Source: Isurus oxyrinchus
Taxonomy: Eukaryota
Assembly (NCBI GenBank): GCA_026770705.1
Contig: JANJGN010000027.1
Coordinates: forward strand, 15,128,001-15,192,000
Direction: 5' to 3'
Length of the DNA stretch: 64,000 bases
Both the position numbers and the translations under genes were made by a program. Shown here one piece after another: positions 1 to 13,006 of this stretch. The notes beneath the pieces are model-generated. The model did not search any database. It had not been told where the DNA came from and saw nothing but the letters and a program-made list of their open reading frames with translations. Within the stretch, counting starts at the first letter, position 1, and each line of letters begins with the position of its first letter.

Positions 1-1000
1 CTATGTTCTATGACCAATGCAGGTGCTAAACGATGAAAGGTGAAAGTGCGTTCTCTGTTATTTTCTATTTCCCATTTTCACTCTGTACTTGTTTAGCATG
101 TAAAGTGTGCTGCAAATATTGTAATATCTTAAAAAAGAAAAAGTTCTGATATACATAAATCATCCGATATACATGAAGTCATCATCTCAATTCATCAGAG
201 GGGGCTTGTCAGGTTCTATCCCTTGCTCATGTCATTTCTCAAAATTTCTTCTTGAATTCTGCAGTCTGTGAAAAATGTTGCAGAATTCTGGGTCTGCTGC
301 AATATTACTCCCATCGACTACAACAGTGCAACTACAGCATTGGAATAAAAGACATACATTAACTATATCAGTCAGTCAACACAAGTGTGTGTCTTATTGC
401 TAAGATGTGACTGTATCTATGGCGAGAGTGCCTTTGTGCACGTAAACAGACATCTATAAAAGTACCTTCTTGTGTGAGAGTACTCCCCATGGAACTCGAT
501 GATAGAACAAACGCTATGATTATATCTTAAGGCTTAAAGAAGCCAAATGCTCCATCGAATGTTCCAAAATTCGAAAGGAAGCCAAAAAATGAACCATTTT
601 AATTGAGTAATCATGACTGAAGCCACTAATCCAACTGTTTGAAGAGTGAGACTCATGATGGAATGAACTGGCTATCAAGATGTTGGATTCCCTATACATT
701 GGATTGTTGGACTTACCTATCTCACCTGTGCTATTACAGATGCTTTGGGTACATCCTAACAGGCTCTGGATACATCTTACATAGAAAGGGAGGCAGAGTT
801 AATTTCATGTGACTCTTAATGATCAGTTTAGTTAGATACACCAGTAGGAAGCACAGCAGGCAACTTGCTGTTGAATTGATTTGTGATATTATAGTTTATC
901 TTACAGTAGCTGCAGAGGGATATAATAATTTTGATTCATATACAACATTGAGGTGAGTAGATTCTCCCTTGATTGTACATCCTGTTCAGTGAAGAGGCAT

Positions 1001-1459
1001 GGGGTTGGATTTTGTGTTTAGTGGTGAAGTGATGGCACTGCTAACTTTGAAGAAGGCTGTCCACAGAGACTTACCAATTTTTTTTTAACATAGTGGAAAA
1101 ATTTGATATTCAACAAATATAAAACCAGCTTTACAGGGCTAATGAGGATGTCTAACAGTGATTATGAAATTATATGCTGGTTAAAATCTTAATTACATCC
1201 CACTTGACAAAGTGCAATTTCTTCAAGGGTTTCTTAGCAGCGAGACTAATGGGGTAAAAGTGGAAGTTTTTATCAATTCTCTGATTGCTTTGGGATTCTA
1301 ACAGCATGCCCTGTGGGAACACAGAATCACTGACAGCAACCTCTGGATCTCCAGGTTATTCTGCGCATGTGCAAATCCCCAAAGTTGCTGTCAGTTTCAG
1401 TGAATTGATGAAGGAGAACACTGACAGCTTTCTATCATTACCATTGCAAAATCTGGGCC
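1001..1459. mobile_element. MITE-like non-autonomous DNA transposon with internal hairpin
   Basis: Ends ggggttggatttt / aaaatctgggcc; internal inverted repeat actgacagcaac (1329-1340) / gttgctgtcagt (1384-1395); inverted relative at ~46583-47000. Confidence 0.6.
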
Positions 1460-2364
1460 ATTGTCTCACCGAAAATCTTCATTTTGAATTTTGGTGCACT
1501 TTACAGTATTTTGCAGCTGGATCTATATTGTAGAAGTGATTTCAAAACAAAACTGCATCTAACAGATGGTCCAAAACAAATATTTTCTGCAGAAACAATT
1601 CCCCAGAGCTGGAGGAGACCCAGAGAATAGCTTCAGACCTAGAAGACAATCTGCAGAATGGAGAAGCGCCTGAGACCTAATAGGTAGCCCTGGGCTTGGA
1701 GGAGATTCCATTAGACCAGAGGAGGGCTTGAGACACTGAGGAGGCATGAAAGGGGGTTTGTGCTTGCAGCAGGCCTGAGACATCTGCTCACTACCTGAGG
1801 CCAGTCCTTGGAGAAAGCCCAAAAGACAGGATCTCCAGTCAGGGAGGGGGAAAGGTTTGCCTGTCAGGAACTGGAAGAGACAATGAGCCAAAGTCAGGAT
1901 CAGGGGAAATTGCTGCATTGCTTGCTAGCCAGACAATAAACTTAACTGCAGAGAATTGAACTGAATCCAATACCTCTGGAACTTGTAGGGCCATCTCACG
2001 AGTGCAGCATCACCATCAGAATGAAATACAAGGCATTCAAGGATGCAGCTACTGGACATCAGGATGGACACAGCCCTCCTCCCACTTTAATTCCTCCCAA
2101 TTTTGAAGTCAGCGATCCCAAGGAGTGTACGCCACTATCTTGGTGGCTGAAAAGATACATACACTGCTCCCTGAAATGAAAAGTGGGTGGACCCACCTAT
2201 ACCACTGACTGCAGGTTGATAGCCAAAATAGGGCCGCTTGATTGACTATTCATGGGGACGAGATGGTTTCATAAATGCAGGCCTTCCATGGACTACTCTG
2301 TTATTAATCAAGCACAGTTGTGAGCATAGATTGGGGAAAATTTGCTAAACAGTGTGGCAACAGG

Positions 2365-2465
2365 AATCAAATCAGAAAATACTGGGAATTCTTAGCAGGT
2401 CAGGCAGCATCTGTGGATAGAGAAACAGGATTAACAGTTCAGATGGGTGACCTTACATCAGAACT
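2365..2465 (-). mobile_element. Degenerate Penelope-type terminal (pLTR) fragment with decayed hammerhead motif
   Basis: Reverse complement agttctgatgtaaggtcacccatctgaactgttaat...cacagatgctgcctgacctgct resembles 55285-55420. Confidence 0.6.
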
Positions 2466-2917
2466 TTGGCACAATGTTAATCACTGATCAAGAATAACAG
2501 CTTCACAGGATTTTGGAAAACATTACTACATTTTTACATGCATGGTTTAAATTGTTAATTCCAATGAACTGGTCTGCAAGGCATGATGTATTTAACATTT
2601 TAATTAGTAAAACATGGGCACAGCAGAAGTCTTCACAGGAAGAAATTTGTATACTCAGATTTCAGAGTCTTGTAAACAGCATGGGCACACTTGCTTCCTG
2701 TAGCATACTTTGCTGAAAGCATTAACATAAAGTAGCACATCCTTCAATTCACTTTGAACACTTCCACAGGAGATCTGCTATTATGCTAAATAAGTCTTCG
2801 AAACTTGAAAGCATTTCAAGATGCAAAAGTAATGAAATGTATAACATTAAAAAAATGTTTTCACTTTATAGGGATCTTCAATATTTCATCAGTTGGTTTG
2901 GATATGGTTGGTATTTA

Positions 2918-3362
2918 GAGGGATTTGGGTGTCCTTGTACATAAATCACAATCAACTAATATGGAGATACAGCAAGCAATTAGGAAGGCAAAAAGTGTGT
3001 TAATGTTTATTGCAAGAGAATTGGAATATATGAGTGAAGAAATCTTCCATGCAATTTTATAGGGCTTTGATGAGAGTATTGGAGTACTTGTACAGTTTTG
3101 GCCTCCCTATGTAAGGAAGGATGTATTTGCTTGAGAGAGTGGACAATGAGTGTTCACCAGATAGATTTGTAGGATGAGAGGTCTGTCCCATGGGGAGAGA
3201 CTGAGTGGAATTGGCCTATATTCTCCAGAGTTGAGAAGAATTAGAGGTGATCTTGTTGAAGCTTGTAAAATTCTTAAGAGGGCCTGACAGGACTAGGTGC
3301 TGAGAGGCTAGTTTCTGCTGCAGGGTCTAGAGCCGGGGCCCATAGTCTCAGGCCAAGCCGCT
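2918..3362 (+). mobile_element. Degenerate CR1 LINE, RT C-terminal part (3' UTR piece at ~3960-4095)
   Basis: agagggatttgggtgtccttgtacat...gagaagaattagaggtgatcttgttgaa matches the other CR1 copies in the window. Confidence 0.8.
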
Positions 3363-4727
3363 TGGGAATTTTCTTCCATTCCTTTCCTTTTTTTCTCTCC
3401 CTCCCCTCCCCGCATCCCTCCTTCATTCCTTGCCTATCCCTCTTGTGCACATGTCCACCTTGCCTTCCCATGTTGCTGAGAAACATTCAGGCCCCTCTAG
3501 CTTTAGGAATGTCTCTAGAAATGCAACAGGCTTAAATAAAAACAGATTAGTTAAAAGCCTTTGCAGTGGGAGCTCAGGTTTACGCAGTCAGTCAGTACTT
3601 GAAGAGACAGATTAATGTTTTGGGTCGTCAGAAATGTCACCCATCCAGTGAATCCCTTTCTCTTCTCCAATTGTTGCAGATTTGACACCAGACTAAATAG
3701 ACAGTATTTAGTATCATTATCTAGTAACAGAGAGAGGCCCCAAACTGAACCTTTGTGCAGGTGCCCTGCAAAGCAAACCCTGCTTGTCTGACCGCGTCAT
3801 ATGGGTGCGCTAATGAATGGGCTGTACTGATTGTGGTGCCTTAGCAATCTGCTTCTCCACTGCTTGAGGAAGAACAACGTGAAATCTCCAGCAGCTATAA
3901 GTTTGAAACCTAAGCTGCATTCTTCCCATCACTATATAAAGGTCATCTTCAAATTCAAATCAATAGGTATTGGGATGCTAAAGGAATCAAGGGATATGAG
4001 AATAGTGAAGGAAGGAGGAGTTGAAGTAGGACATCAGCCATGAATAGCGAAACAGGCTCGAAGGGCCGAATGTTCGACTCCTGCTCCTAATCTTTACATT
4101 GGATTTCATACTCATTCCTCCTGTAGCAGTCTGCTTTTTAATGTCATAATATGATCTTTGCAATTAAGCTCTTTCCAGCAAATGATTCCTCCTGTCCCAT
4201 AAAAATGTCAAGCATTCCCATGATATATGATGGTGGGGCATATCAGTACAGTGCAATACAAGGTCAACACAAGTAACATCAGAAGAAAAGAAAACTTCAC
4301 AAAGAGGTCATGAGATTATCTCTCCAGAACTGTAGCAGTGGATTTATTCACTTCTTCACTCTCTGCAATATAACTGCACTCAAATTTAAATTAATCCAAA
4401 ACTGCTGTTGGGAGATATTTTTATTTCTTTCTCTATATTCGGCACTTCCTTGCATTTAAATTAAATTAATTATTGTTCTGTAGTAATTCATTTGCCATGA
4501 GCTGCACCATTTGCACAGATGCTGCAGAGTCCCTCTGGATTGAAAAGGTTCATTTGGAATGGACAGGTAGGTGGTTCAAGAGTCTACTGCAACATTAACC
4601 ATGAACACTGGGAACTTTTTTAAACCTACCAGGTGCAGACATCTTACTTTCATTTAACATTCACAAGATTGGACCTCAGCAAATTTACTTAGCAACTTCT
4701 CTCCAATACATTTACAACAACGTTACA

Positions 4728-5015
4728 ATAACAACAACATGCATTTGTATAGCCCCTTCGGTGCGGGCAAATATTCCAAGACAGGAGTCTAATCAGATAG
4801 AAGCATTTGCTTTGCAGTAAAGAAGACATCACAAAGCGTGACCAAAGAGCTAGGTTTCCAGGGGTGCCTTAAAGGAGGAAAGGTAGCGAGATTTAGGGAG
4901 AGAATTCTAGAGTCTAAGGCCAATCAATGGAGAAGGAAATCGAGCTCAGTGGTGATGAGTGAACAGGATTGCTCCGATTTAGGATATGGACAGCAGAGTT
5001 TCGGAGAGACTGAAT
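4728..5015 (-). mobile_element. L2-like LINE 3' fragment
   Basis: aacaacatgcatttgtatagc tail motif, reverse complement of the L2 3' end seen at 24200 and 59250. Confidence 0.55.
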
Positions 5016-5369
5016 AGGACCATTTCAGTAGACGGGTTGTACCAGCATCCCAAGGACATTCCCCACAGGAAAGGAGCGAGCAGAAATATATGGAAGTCAA
5101 ATTTAGAGAGGAGCAGTAAAGTCACCTTTAATCTTATCCAAACGTGGGGTAGGTGAGTAAATGGGATGGGGATTTGAGTGCTGATGAATATTCGTGGACC
5201 TTAATTGTAGAAATTCCCCCTCCCCCCATTATCAGACATGGAAAAGGGAAACATAAAGTTTCTGTTTCAAAACTGAGATGTCTTGTTTGAAATAGCTCCT
5301 GGTCCAGGTCAGGCCGGTGGCATCATTAAGTGGGGGGGGGGGTTGCCTAGTTTAGGTTGGCAGAGGGGC

Positions 5370-5900
5370 AGTCAGGTAACACGGGATTCCTCGCGAAGAT
5401 GGGACTGAACAATTTGTAATGTTGACATTTTTTGGCAACAGCGCCGCCTCGCTCTGCTCAACCTGTGAGTGCGCTGACAATGGTGATACTGAAAGGGATT
5501 CCCAGCATTATATCCCCCGACCTGCTTTATGCTTTGGCTAAAATGGGGCATGGAGATGAAATCGGTAAGATTAACGAGTTCTATTCTCCCGAAAGACCAG
5601 ACTGACCGGGCTCAACTCAGAGCAAAGCTCCACATCTTTCAGTTTGTGACTTCGCTTCCGCACCGCAGCCCGACTGAGAATCCAGTTTTCCAGTCGCCGG
5701 AACAAACTGAGCTCAAGGCTCACCCGCCCCCGGTTCAGTCTCTGGTCTCACTCTCTCTCTCTCTCTCTCTCTCACGCTCTGCTCTACTGGACCCTTTCCC
5801 GGAGACCTGCGGACAGTCACTGTTCAAACTCCACCTTTCACCTTCAGAGCGCATTTGGTGTGAGACGTTTTAACCCATTCAGAGCCGCATCGCAGCCTTC
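5370..5900. promoter_or_regulatory. CpG-enriched FUOM promoter / exon 1 / start of intron 1
   Basis: Local CpG enrichment around the ATG; GC box cccgccccc at ~5723; ETS-like ccggaa/cttccg; (CT)n at 5750-5773. Confidence 0.6.
5480..5564 (+). CDS. FUOM: Fucose mutarotase (FucU/RbsD family), coding exon 1
   Basis: ATG at 5480 gives MVILKGIPSIISPDLLYALAKMGHGDEI+G, then donor gtaaga; 85 nt, phase 1; MGHGD motif with catalytic His24. Confidence 0.96.
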
Positions 5901-5904
5901 ACCC

Positions 5905-6462
5905 CCCTCCCTCCTCTTCTCTCTCTTTTACAAACTAGTTACAAACAACCATTGCCCATGTGTGTCCCATTATAGCTTCTTATCTACATCTCCTTACCTC
6001 TTCCCCTCCTCTCCCCACCCCCCTCCTCGTATCCATCCCCTTCTCATCTAATCCCTTCACCACCCCCCCCAATCCCTCCTATTCATTTCCATCCTTCCCT
6101 TTTCTAATGTCCTCCTCCTCCTCATTCCCCAAGCCCCTCACCCCCTCCTTATTCCCAAAGCCCCACCCTTTCTATCGTCACTCTCCATCCCTGCCCCTCC
6201 TTGCCCCCACCCCCTCCTCAACCTCCCACCCCCTCCCCACCTCAACCTCCCACCCCCTCCCCACCTCAACCTCTCACCCCCTCCCCACCTCAACCTCCCA
6301 CCCCTCTCTACCATCCTGCTCTCTCCTTTCCCCCACCCCTACCCTCTCCAGTCTCACTTCATTCTCTCCTCTCCCCAACCCCTCCTCATTCCCCCCACCC
6401 TCCTTTCCTCACCCCACTCTCTCCTCTGCCATCCTATCTTCTTCTCCTCCTACCCACTCCTT
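5905..6462. repeat. Pyrimidine-rich low-complexity tract with ~4 x 24-bp unit (cccacccctccccacctcaacct-like, ~6205-6305)
   Basis: Almost G-free + strand; the repeated PTSTSHPL in the spurious ORF reflects the 24-bp period. Confidence 0.85.
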
Positions 6463-7033
6463 TCATGTTGTTACAAAATATGACACGTTCTAAGACTTTT
6501 GTGCTTATTTAGCAATAAATCACCTCAATCTTTTTTAACTGAATGTTTGCTTAAAATTACACTCCCAGCAATTAATTCACAGCTTCATATTTTTCACCTT
6601 GTTGAAACCTGCACAGGTGATTTAGAGGTCATGGTGACTCTGACTGTGGGTGGTGCTATTATGTTGAAGTGTAAGGAGAGTTTTAATTATTTTGATAGGT
6701 TTTCTGTAGCTCTGTTGAACTGACGTTTAGTGGGCTCCAATCTACATGTTTACATTGGGTGATGCAGCCATGGAGATCAGGAGAGAGTTGGCTTTATATC
6801 TCAGTCAGATTTTCATTATAGCAAAGTTACAAATGACTAAATAATACTTTTATCATTAAATTCAAATCAAGCAAACATTATAACTGCTTTAACATTAATG
6901 CATAGAATCACATCTTGTTTAAACCCCATGAAAAAGTTGAGATCTGAACTAAGTTCTCACACAGGAATAAAGTGGAAAGTAACTGGTTTGATCCAGTCCA
7001 TGCCTCTTATAGGGAAATTAATCAGGATTATGA

Positions 7034-7407
7034 GGGAGGTGGTGTTGTAATGATAATGGCTCAAGCTCCGGAGATATGAGTTCAAATCTCACCATGGCAG
7101 CTGGTGGAACTTAAATTCAATTAATAAAATCTAGAATTGAAAGCTAGTCTCAGTATTGGTGACCATGAAGCTATCACTGAATGTCGTAAAGACCCACCTG
7201 GCTCGCTTATACCCTTTAGGGAAGGAAATCTGCCACCCTTACCTGGCCTGGTGTACGTGTGATTTCAGGTCCACAGCAATGTGGTTGACTCTTAACTGCC
7301 CTCTGAAATGGCTGAGCAAGCCATTCAGTTCAAAGGCAAATAGGGATTGGCAACAAATGCTGGCCTTGCCCATGATGCCTACATCCTGTGAAAGAATGAA
7401 TTAAAAC
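7034..7407 (+). mobile_element. HE1-type tRNA-derived SINE
   Basis: B-box-like gagttcaaatctc; core cccttacctggcctgg...ccacagcaatgtggttgactcttaactgccctctg; tail shared with the HER1 LINE. Confidence 0.9.
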
Positions 7408-9002
7408 AATGAGAATGGCAAACTTGTCAGGTCTAAGTATGATAATGTATAATCCATTAATAGGAGGAAGAAACCTATATTAGTAATTTTGAGATGCATT
7501 TATATTCCAAATTATGTCAATGGAAAGTGGGTTTTGACTTCACACGAGCGAAACTTAGCATAGAATATACAACACAGAGACAGGCTATTCAGCCCAACCA
7601 GTCTAGACCCTGTGCTCCACTCAAACCTTGTGTAGAAGCTTATAGAGTGTAGCTGGGGTGAACTGACCTTGAAGTGAAATGGAGCGCTTCTAAATTGGGG
7701 GAGGAGAAAGTGAGCCAAGAGTTCTGCTCACGAGCTCTGCAAGCTGGGAAGTGTTCAGAAAGAAAGCACTGAAACGGATCCTAGGTTACACATACCAAAG
7801 ATACTCTGTCACAAACAACTTAAAGGTGGAAAAGGCTCTGTCTGAACTTTGCTGGAAAACTCTTGAATCCCACCCCCCATTTGCACAACCTCTTGCCACA
7901 ATTACACGAAAATAAATATACAATGGGATTAAGGAAAAAAGACACCATTCTGCAAATAAATATGGAACAAATAGATGGCAAAACAACCCAACCCCCTACT
8001 TTATAAACATTATGAGTAGTATGGAAATGATTGAGAATTTAATGAATTCAGCCTGACAGCATATGATCTATGGGGTTTCCTACAAAATGCAGAATGCAGC
8101 AGAGCTTTCATTTTTATTCTGTAAATTAAGGAGACCTTCATTTTGCAATGTGTTATCATTATTTGAATACTGAAATGTTCATAACTGTGCAATCCTTTTA
8201 TTTATGCTTTATTTTTATTTAATGTTTGTCTATAACTACATCATGAATTATAATTACTTGTTTTATTTGTATCGTCATCATAATTCGGCACCTGTCGCCA
8301 TGATGATTCTTGAGTAAACTAGTTATCTATCTATCTGTCCAGTGATGCCTTCCTGTAAGTGCCCACATGTGGATGTGATGTGAGGACTGATTCAAACGTA
8401 GCTGTGATGCCTCAATGATAGGTCGGTATGACAAGCCTCTTTCCAGGGCTCGTATGAAACTTGGGGCACTAGAAGGTGATCAGCACCTATTTGACACCGG
8501 TGCTGGGTTAGGCTTTCACTCTGGGTTCAAGGTTACATTGACACAATAACTGCAGTAAAACCACTTTGCACCAATGTGACAGTTGAGTGTATGCTTAACA
8601 GTTGCTGTACCATGGTGCAACATCACAAGTGAGACTGCAGCATCTTTCATTTAAGTCTGCAGTGATTATAGCATTTTACTCTGATTTGATAGAGAAGCAA
8701 TGTGATTGTTTCAGTATTGATTGTCAAATACATGATACTTAAATTCTCTCAACTTTCATATCTTGCCTTACAATCTCCAATCATTCACTGACTCCATCTC
8801 CAGACCCCCACCCCCTCAACCCAGCCGCCTCCCATCTCCACTAATCTTCACGGACTGCAGCAATTCAAGAAGTCCCCCTGTCACCCCTGCCCCTCTCAGG
8901 GTAAATAGGGACAGGCGTTACATACAGCCTTGCCAGCGTGGTGCACACATTACAGGTGGTGAACCTGCTTGTTCAGTTTGTTAAAATTGATTACATCACC
9001 AT

Positions 9003-9460
9003 GGCCTGAATTTTACTTTTGGTGGGTGCATGTGATTGGTGGGCCCGGGAGCAGTCAGGAAATGGACCCCCCACCGCGATTGGCCCCTGACCACAATTTC
9101 CCGCTGGCCGGCCAATTAATGGTCAGCCAGCGTGAACCGTGCGCTTGCTGCCAGGGTGGGGGTGGGTGAATCCTGCGAGAGAGCTGCTCAGGGAGCTGGA
9201 GACCTAAAAATGCTAAAATAAAGGTTTAAAAAGCTGCAAGAATGTGTCGACGCATCAAACTCAATCACCTGAAAATATAGCTGCCTTACAGCTTACAGTA
9301 AGGTGGAGGGTCATGAAAAACCAGATACAATTGCGCTGTTAATGGGCTTAATTGTCCTGTTGATTATCGGCGGGCGCGCTTCTGACTTTTGCGCCCACGC
9401 ACCGAGTGAAATATCACGCGAGTGCGTGATGACGTTGGGATGCTTGCCTGCTGTAATGTT
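9003..9460. mobile_element. CpG-rich MITE-like element, truncated by an HE1 fragment
   Basis: Terminus ggcctgaatttt; internal similarity to the reverse complement of 25691-26393. Confidence 0.55.
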
Positions 9461-9461
9461 G

Positions 9462-9688
9462 AAACTAGTGTCAGTTGTTGTAGAGGCCCACTCATGCCCC
9501 TTAGCAAAGGAAATCTGCCATCCTTACCTGGTCTGGCCTACATGTGACTCCAGACCCACAGCAATGCGGTTGACTCTTAACTGCCCTCTGAAATGGCCGA
9601 ACAAGCCACTCAGTTCAAGGGCAATTAGGGTTAGATAACAAATGCTGGCCTTGCCAGTGACACCCACATCCTGTGAAAGAATTTAAAA
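9462..9688 (+). mobile_element. HE1-type SINE, 5'-truncated
   Basis: ccttacctggtctggcctacatgtgactccagacccacagcaatg core plus tail. Confidence 0.9.
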
Positions 9689-10333
9689 ACCAATTGTTGG
9701 TACAATTCTGTGATGAGTTAGCTAATTTCAGCAGTTGGGGCACCAATGTTGAGCTTATTGTCCCTGGACTATAAAGTGGGCAATCTGGTGGGTACCTTCT
9801 CTTGTTTGCTATCCAGTGACTCCTGTTGTGAAAGTTAACATCCATGCATGTAACCAATTTAATAATCACATTGTTCAGGTACAGTGTTTGCAGTAGATAT
9901 GGACAGATCTAGTGTTACATCCATATATGGACCTCACCTGATCTTTCAAAGTAAAGCATCCTAGCACTTATGTTGTGTTCCCTTAGCTTTACCATTGACA
10001 TTGTCAAGAGAGATTAATATAATTTTAATGCCAAACATGCAGCTGAAGAGTACATTGACAATCATGGCTGAATTTAAAACATAATATTCTGTAAAAACAT
10101 TGGCATCTGGGGATGTTTTGACGATATGCTGCCTACAAAAATCCATTTGACCTTGCAATTCTTAAACAAATAGTATTTTAATTTTGGGAACCTTGTATTG
10201 TGGCATATAAACTGTTGAATCACCCATTGTGGTTTCCTGACTCTGTACTTTCCCAGCACTCTATCTAGATGAGACTTTATGAAGCATGTTACCCAGGAGG
10301 CCCCTGATTCATCTCCGATGGTTTGTTTTTCAG

Positions 10334-10402
10334 TGCTCGCTGATGCCAACTTCCCAACCTCCTCAGTGTGTCGCTTTGGCCCTGCTGAAGTAAGAGTTGA
10401 TG
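10334..10402 (+). CDS. FUOM: Fucose mutarotase, coding exon 2
   Basis: gtttgtttttcag acceptor, gtgagt donor; 69 nt; (V)LADANFPTSSVCRFGPAEVRVD(G), the DxNFP motif of FucU/RbsD. Confidence 0.96.
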
Positions 10403-11029
10403 GTGAGTATTGCTTTCTGTAAGGATTTCTTCATTACCGTTAAAAACTCTTAACGTGGTCACAAATAGCAGCATTCCTTGCACCCCCCCAGTGTGCAGAT
10501 TCTCGGGTGTTGTCAGGTATCATTGCAATCTTGGCTAATTGTTGCTTAGCCTGGGAGGTCATTTAGTGAAAATATTGTATGTCCTCTCCACCAACCCTTG
10601 CATCGAACTCTTCCTCATGATAGTTTGCAGTTGACTCCGGTGCTATTTCTGCTGCATCCTCTTCAACATATTGGCAGGATTTACTGACCTTCAGCCTTAA
10701 TAACTTGCCATCCACTGACACTGCCCCTTCCACCCCCCACAACCCCCCCAACAATCTTTCACCCAGGCTATTGGAATACCACGTTGATTTCAGTGAAATC
10801 GATCTCTCCTCATGCAAGCCTCAACTTGCAAATACACCAACCCCGCACGCATGCATGTGCATAACTCCCACCCCATTAACCTTGCCGAGTCTTGATTGAC
10901 TCAAGGCCATCTCTGTCACATAAACATGGCACTGCCCACCTCTAACCTATCGTCACGATCCTTCCCCTCTGCATCTTCCTTTCCTTTTGCCTCATTTTCA
11001 GCATGTACCTCAGTGACTACAGCCAATTA

Positions 11030-11520
11030 TGTCATTCTTTTAAAGGTTTCTGGGCTGTGAGGGTTCTCCCATGATAAGAGGCTGAGTAATTGGGCATATA
11101 TTCCCTCAGGTTTAGAAGAATGAGACTCAGTGAACCATACAGGATTACAAAGGGGCTTGACAGTTTGGGCACTGAGAGGTTGTTCCCTCTGGCTGGGGGA
11201 TATTGAACCCAGCGGGGAGGGGGTGGAGGGGTGGTGGTGCACAGTCTCAGGGCAAGAGGCCGTTCATTTAGGACTGAGATGAGGAGAAATTTCTACATCC
11301 TTTGCGAATCGTTGGAATTTTCTACCATGGAGGGTTGAGGATGCACCAACATTGAATATATTTAAGGTTGAGATAGACAGATGTTTAGCCAGTCAGGGAA
11401 TCAGGGATATGGGGACTGGAAAAGAAAGCTGAGTTGAAGCCAAAGATCAGCCATGATCATATTGAATGGTGGAGCAGGCTGGAGGGTCTGTGTGGTCTGC
11501 TCCTGCTCCTATTTCTTATG
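11030..11520 (+). mobile_element. CR1 LINE 3' fragment
   Basis: gatcagccatgatcatattgaatggtggagcaggc...ctgctcctatttcttatg CR1 3' end. Confidence 0.8.
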
Positions 11521-11554
11521 GTCTCGTCTATATTAGTTGAATGCGCCACCATTA

Positions 11555-11795
11555 CACAGGTTCCCAAACTGTAGGTCGCGACCCCACGATTTTGGGGTTG
11601 CAAGCTCCACAGACATAATGGCGGCTATGGAGCAGAGATTCTATTGGGAAAGTTTTGGGATGGCTCTGAGGCCCCATGATACACACATGTGAATCAGCTT
11701 TTCCGGCTCGCAGTTCACTGGGAGAGGTGTGAACTTCCCACAAAGTCTGTGGCGTTAAAATGAGGTCACACTGGGAAAAGGTTTGGGAAGCAGTG
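11555..11795. mobile_element. hAT/Charlie-like MITE
   Basis: Imperfect TIRs cacaggttcccaaac / gtttgggaagcagtg; subterminal ggtcgcgacccc. Confidence 0.55.
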
Positions 11796-13006
11796 AGTGA
11801 CCCATCGTGTTACAAAGCCATGTTGATACGAGAGTTCACTGATCTCAGCTGAGGTCCTTGGTCTCAAGCATCTTTAGTGTAAGGAGGGCAAAAATCCCCG
11901 AGGGTTCCCCTTTCTGATTGCTGTCAGCATGATTGGGCGAAAACAAGATCAGGCAGAACTGCAATGCCTTTTGTGGTTGTGAATACGCTTATAAAGAATA
12001 GTGACGAGTGAGGTACTGAAGTGTTGCCAGAACCTGTTGAAACACTTTCCATCAAGAGAGCTCTTTCAGGACTAAAGAGGGAATGTTAAGGAAAATTTAA
12101 ATAAAGACTAATCTTCGTTCAACCATAAGATTTCTCTCTGGCTATGACTGTGATGAGAGAGATTGTGGGGCCATTACATATTGGGTATTGTCTGTATTTT
12201 CAGTGTTTGATTATCACTCTTTACACCAGCAAATATGAAAAAATGTACTACACATATGTGAACTATCTCTAAGCATCTGTTATCCTATGTAACACTCAAG
12301 TGTACTCTTCAATATCCAACTGAACAATATTAATGGAAAATTTTTATGAGGTAGTTGAATCTCTTGATTCAGTGACTCACAAGAGAAAGACAGTTTAACA
12401 ACTCTCACCGTCAAGTACACAGTAGCCTCATCACAGGTACAATGTTCTTTTGATTTTGGTTGAAGATTTTCGTAAGTAACCTTATCAAATGCTTTATGAA
12501 ATTCTAGGCTTATGACATTCCTCACGTTATCTGGAATCTCCAACTCTGTTCAACATTCAATGTATCCTGTCATAGATATGTGCCATCTCTGTTTCATAAA
12601 TTGGCTTTGGCTGAATGGGGTGGGGTTTATTTTCAGTTGCTTTGTTTATAATAGAGAAGCTTTAAATATTTTTAGCCCTCTGCTAGCATCCCTGCATCCA
12701 CTGACATATTACCAGTCTGCATCCATCTCTATCATCATTTATTTTAGCACTTTTTAAAATGTGATGGGAAGTGAAGACAACAAAGATATCAGTAAAATAT
12801 AGGTGGTATTTTCTCGTGTCACATGTTGGTTGAGGTTTGGAAAGTGTCTCTGACAGGGCCACATGTTCAAAGGTCCTGAAAGGTCACCTAAGTACAGAGG
12901 CAGGCACTATTGTCTAAAAGTTTGAGTGCTGTACCTGGACACTAGAGAGTAAATCCACCAATATTGAGATTACTGGGGTTTTGCTAAGAAATGTTTCATT
13001 TGTCAA

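Noticed and set aside
4270-4315. ECHS1 last exon (expected neighbour from mammalian synteny)
   Set aside because: No DDRKEGM..F.EKR..NF-like match in any frame
5529-5873. 114-aa ORF at the promoter
   Set aside because: Out of frame with FUOM exon 1 and runs through the donor and a (CT)n microsatellite
5960-6512. Pro/Ser-rich ORFs (extensin-like)
   Set aside because: By-product of a C/T-rich low-complexity tract in FUOM intron 1
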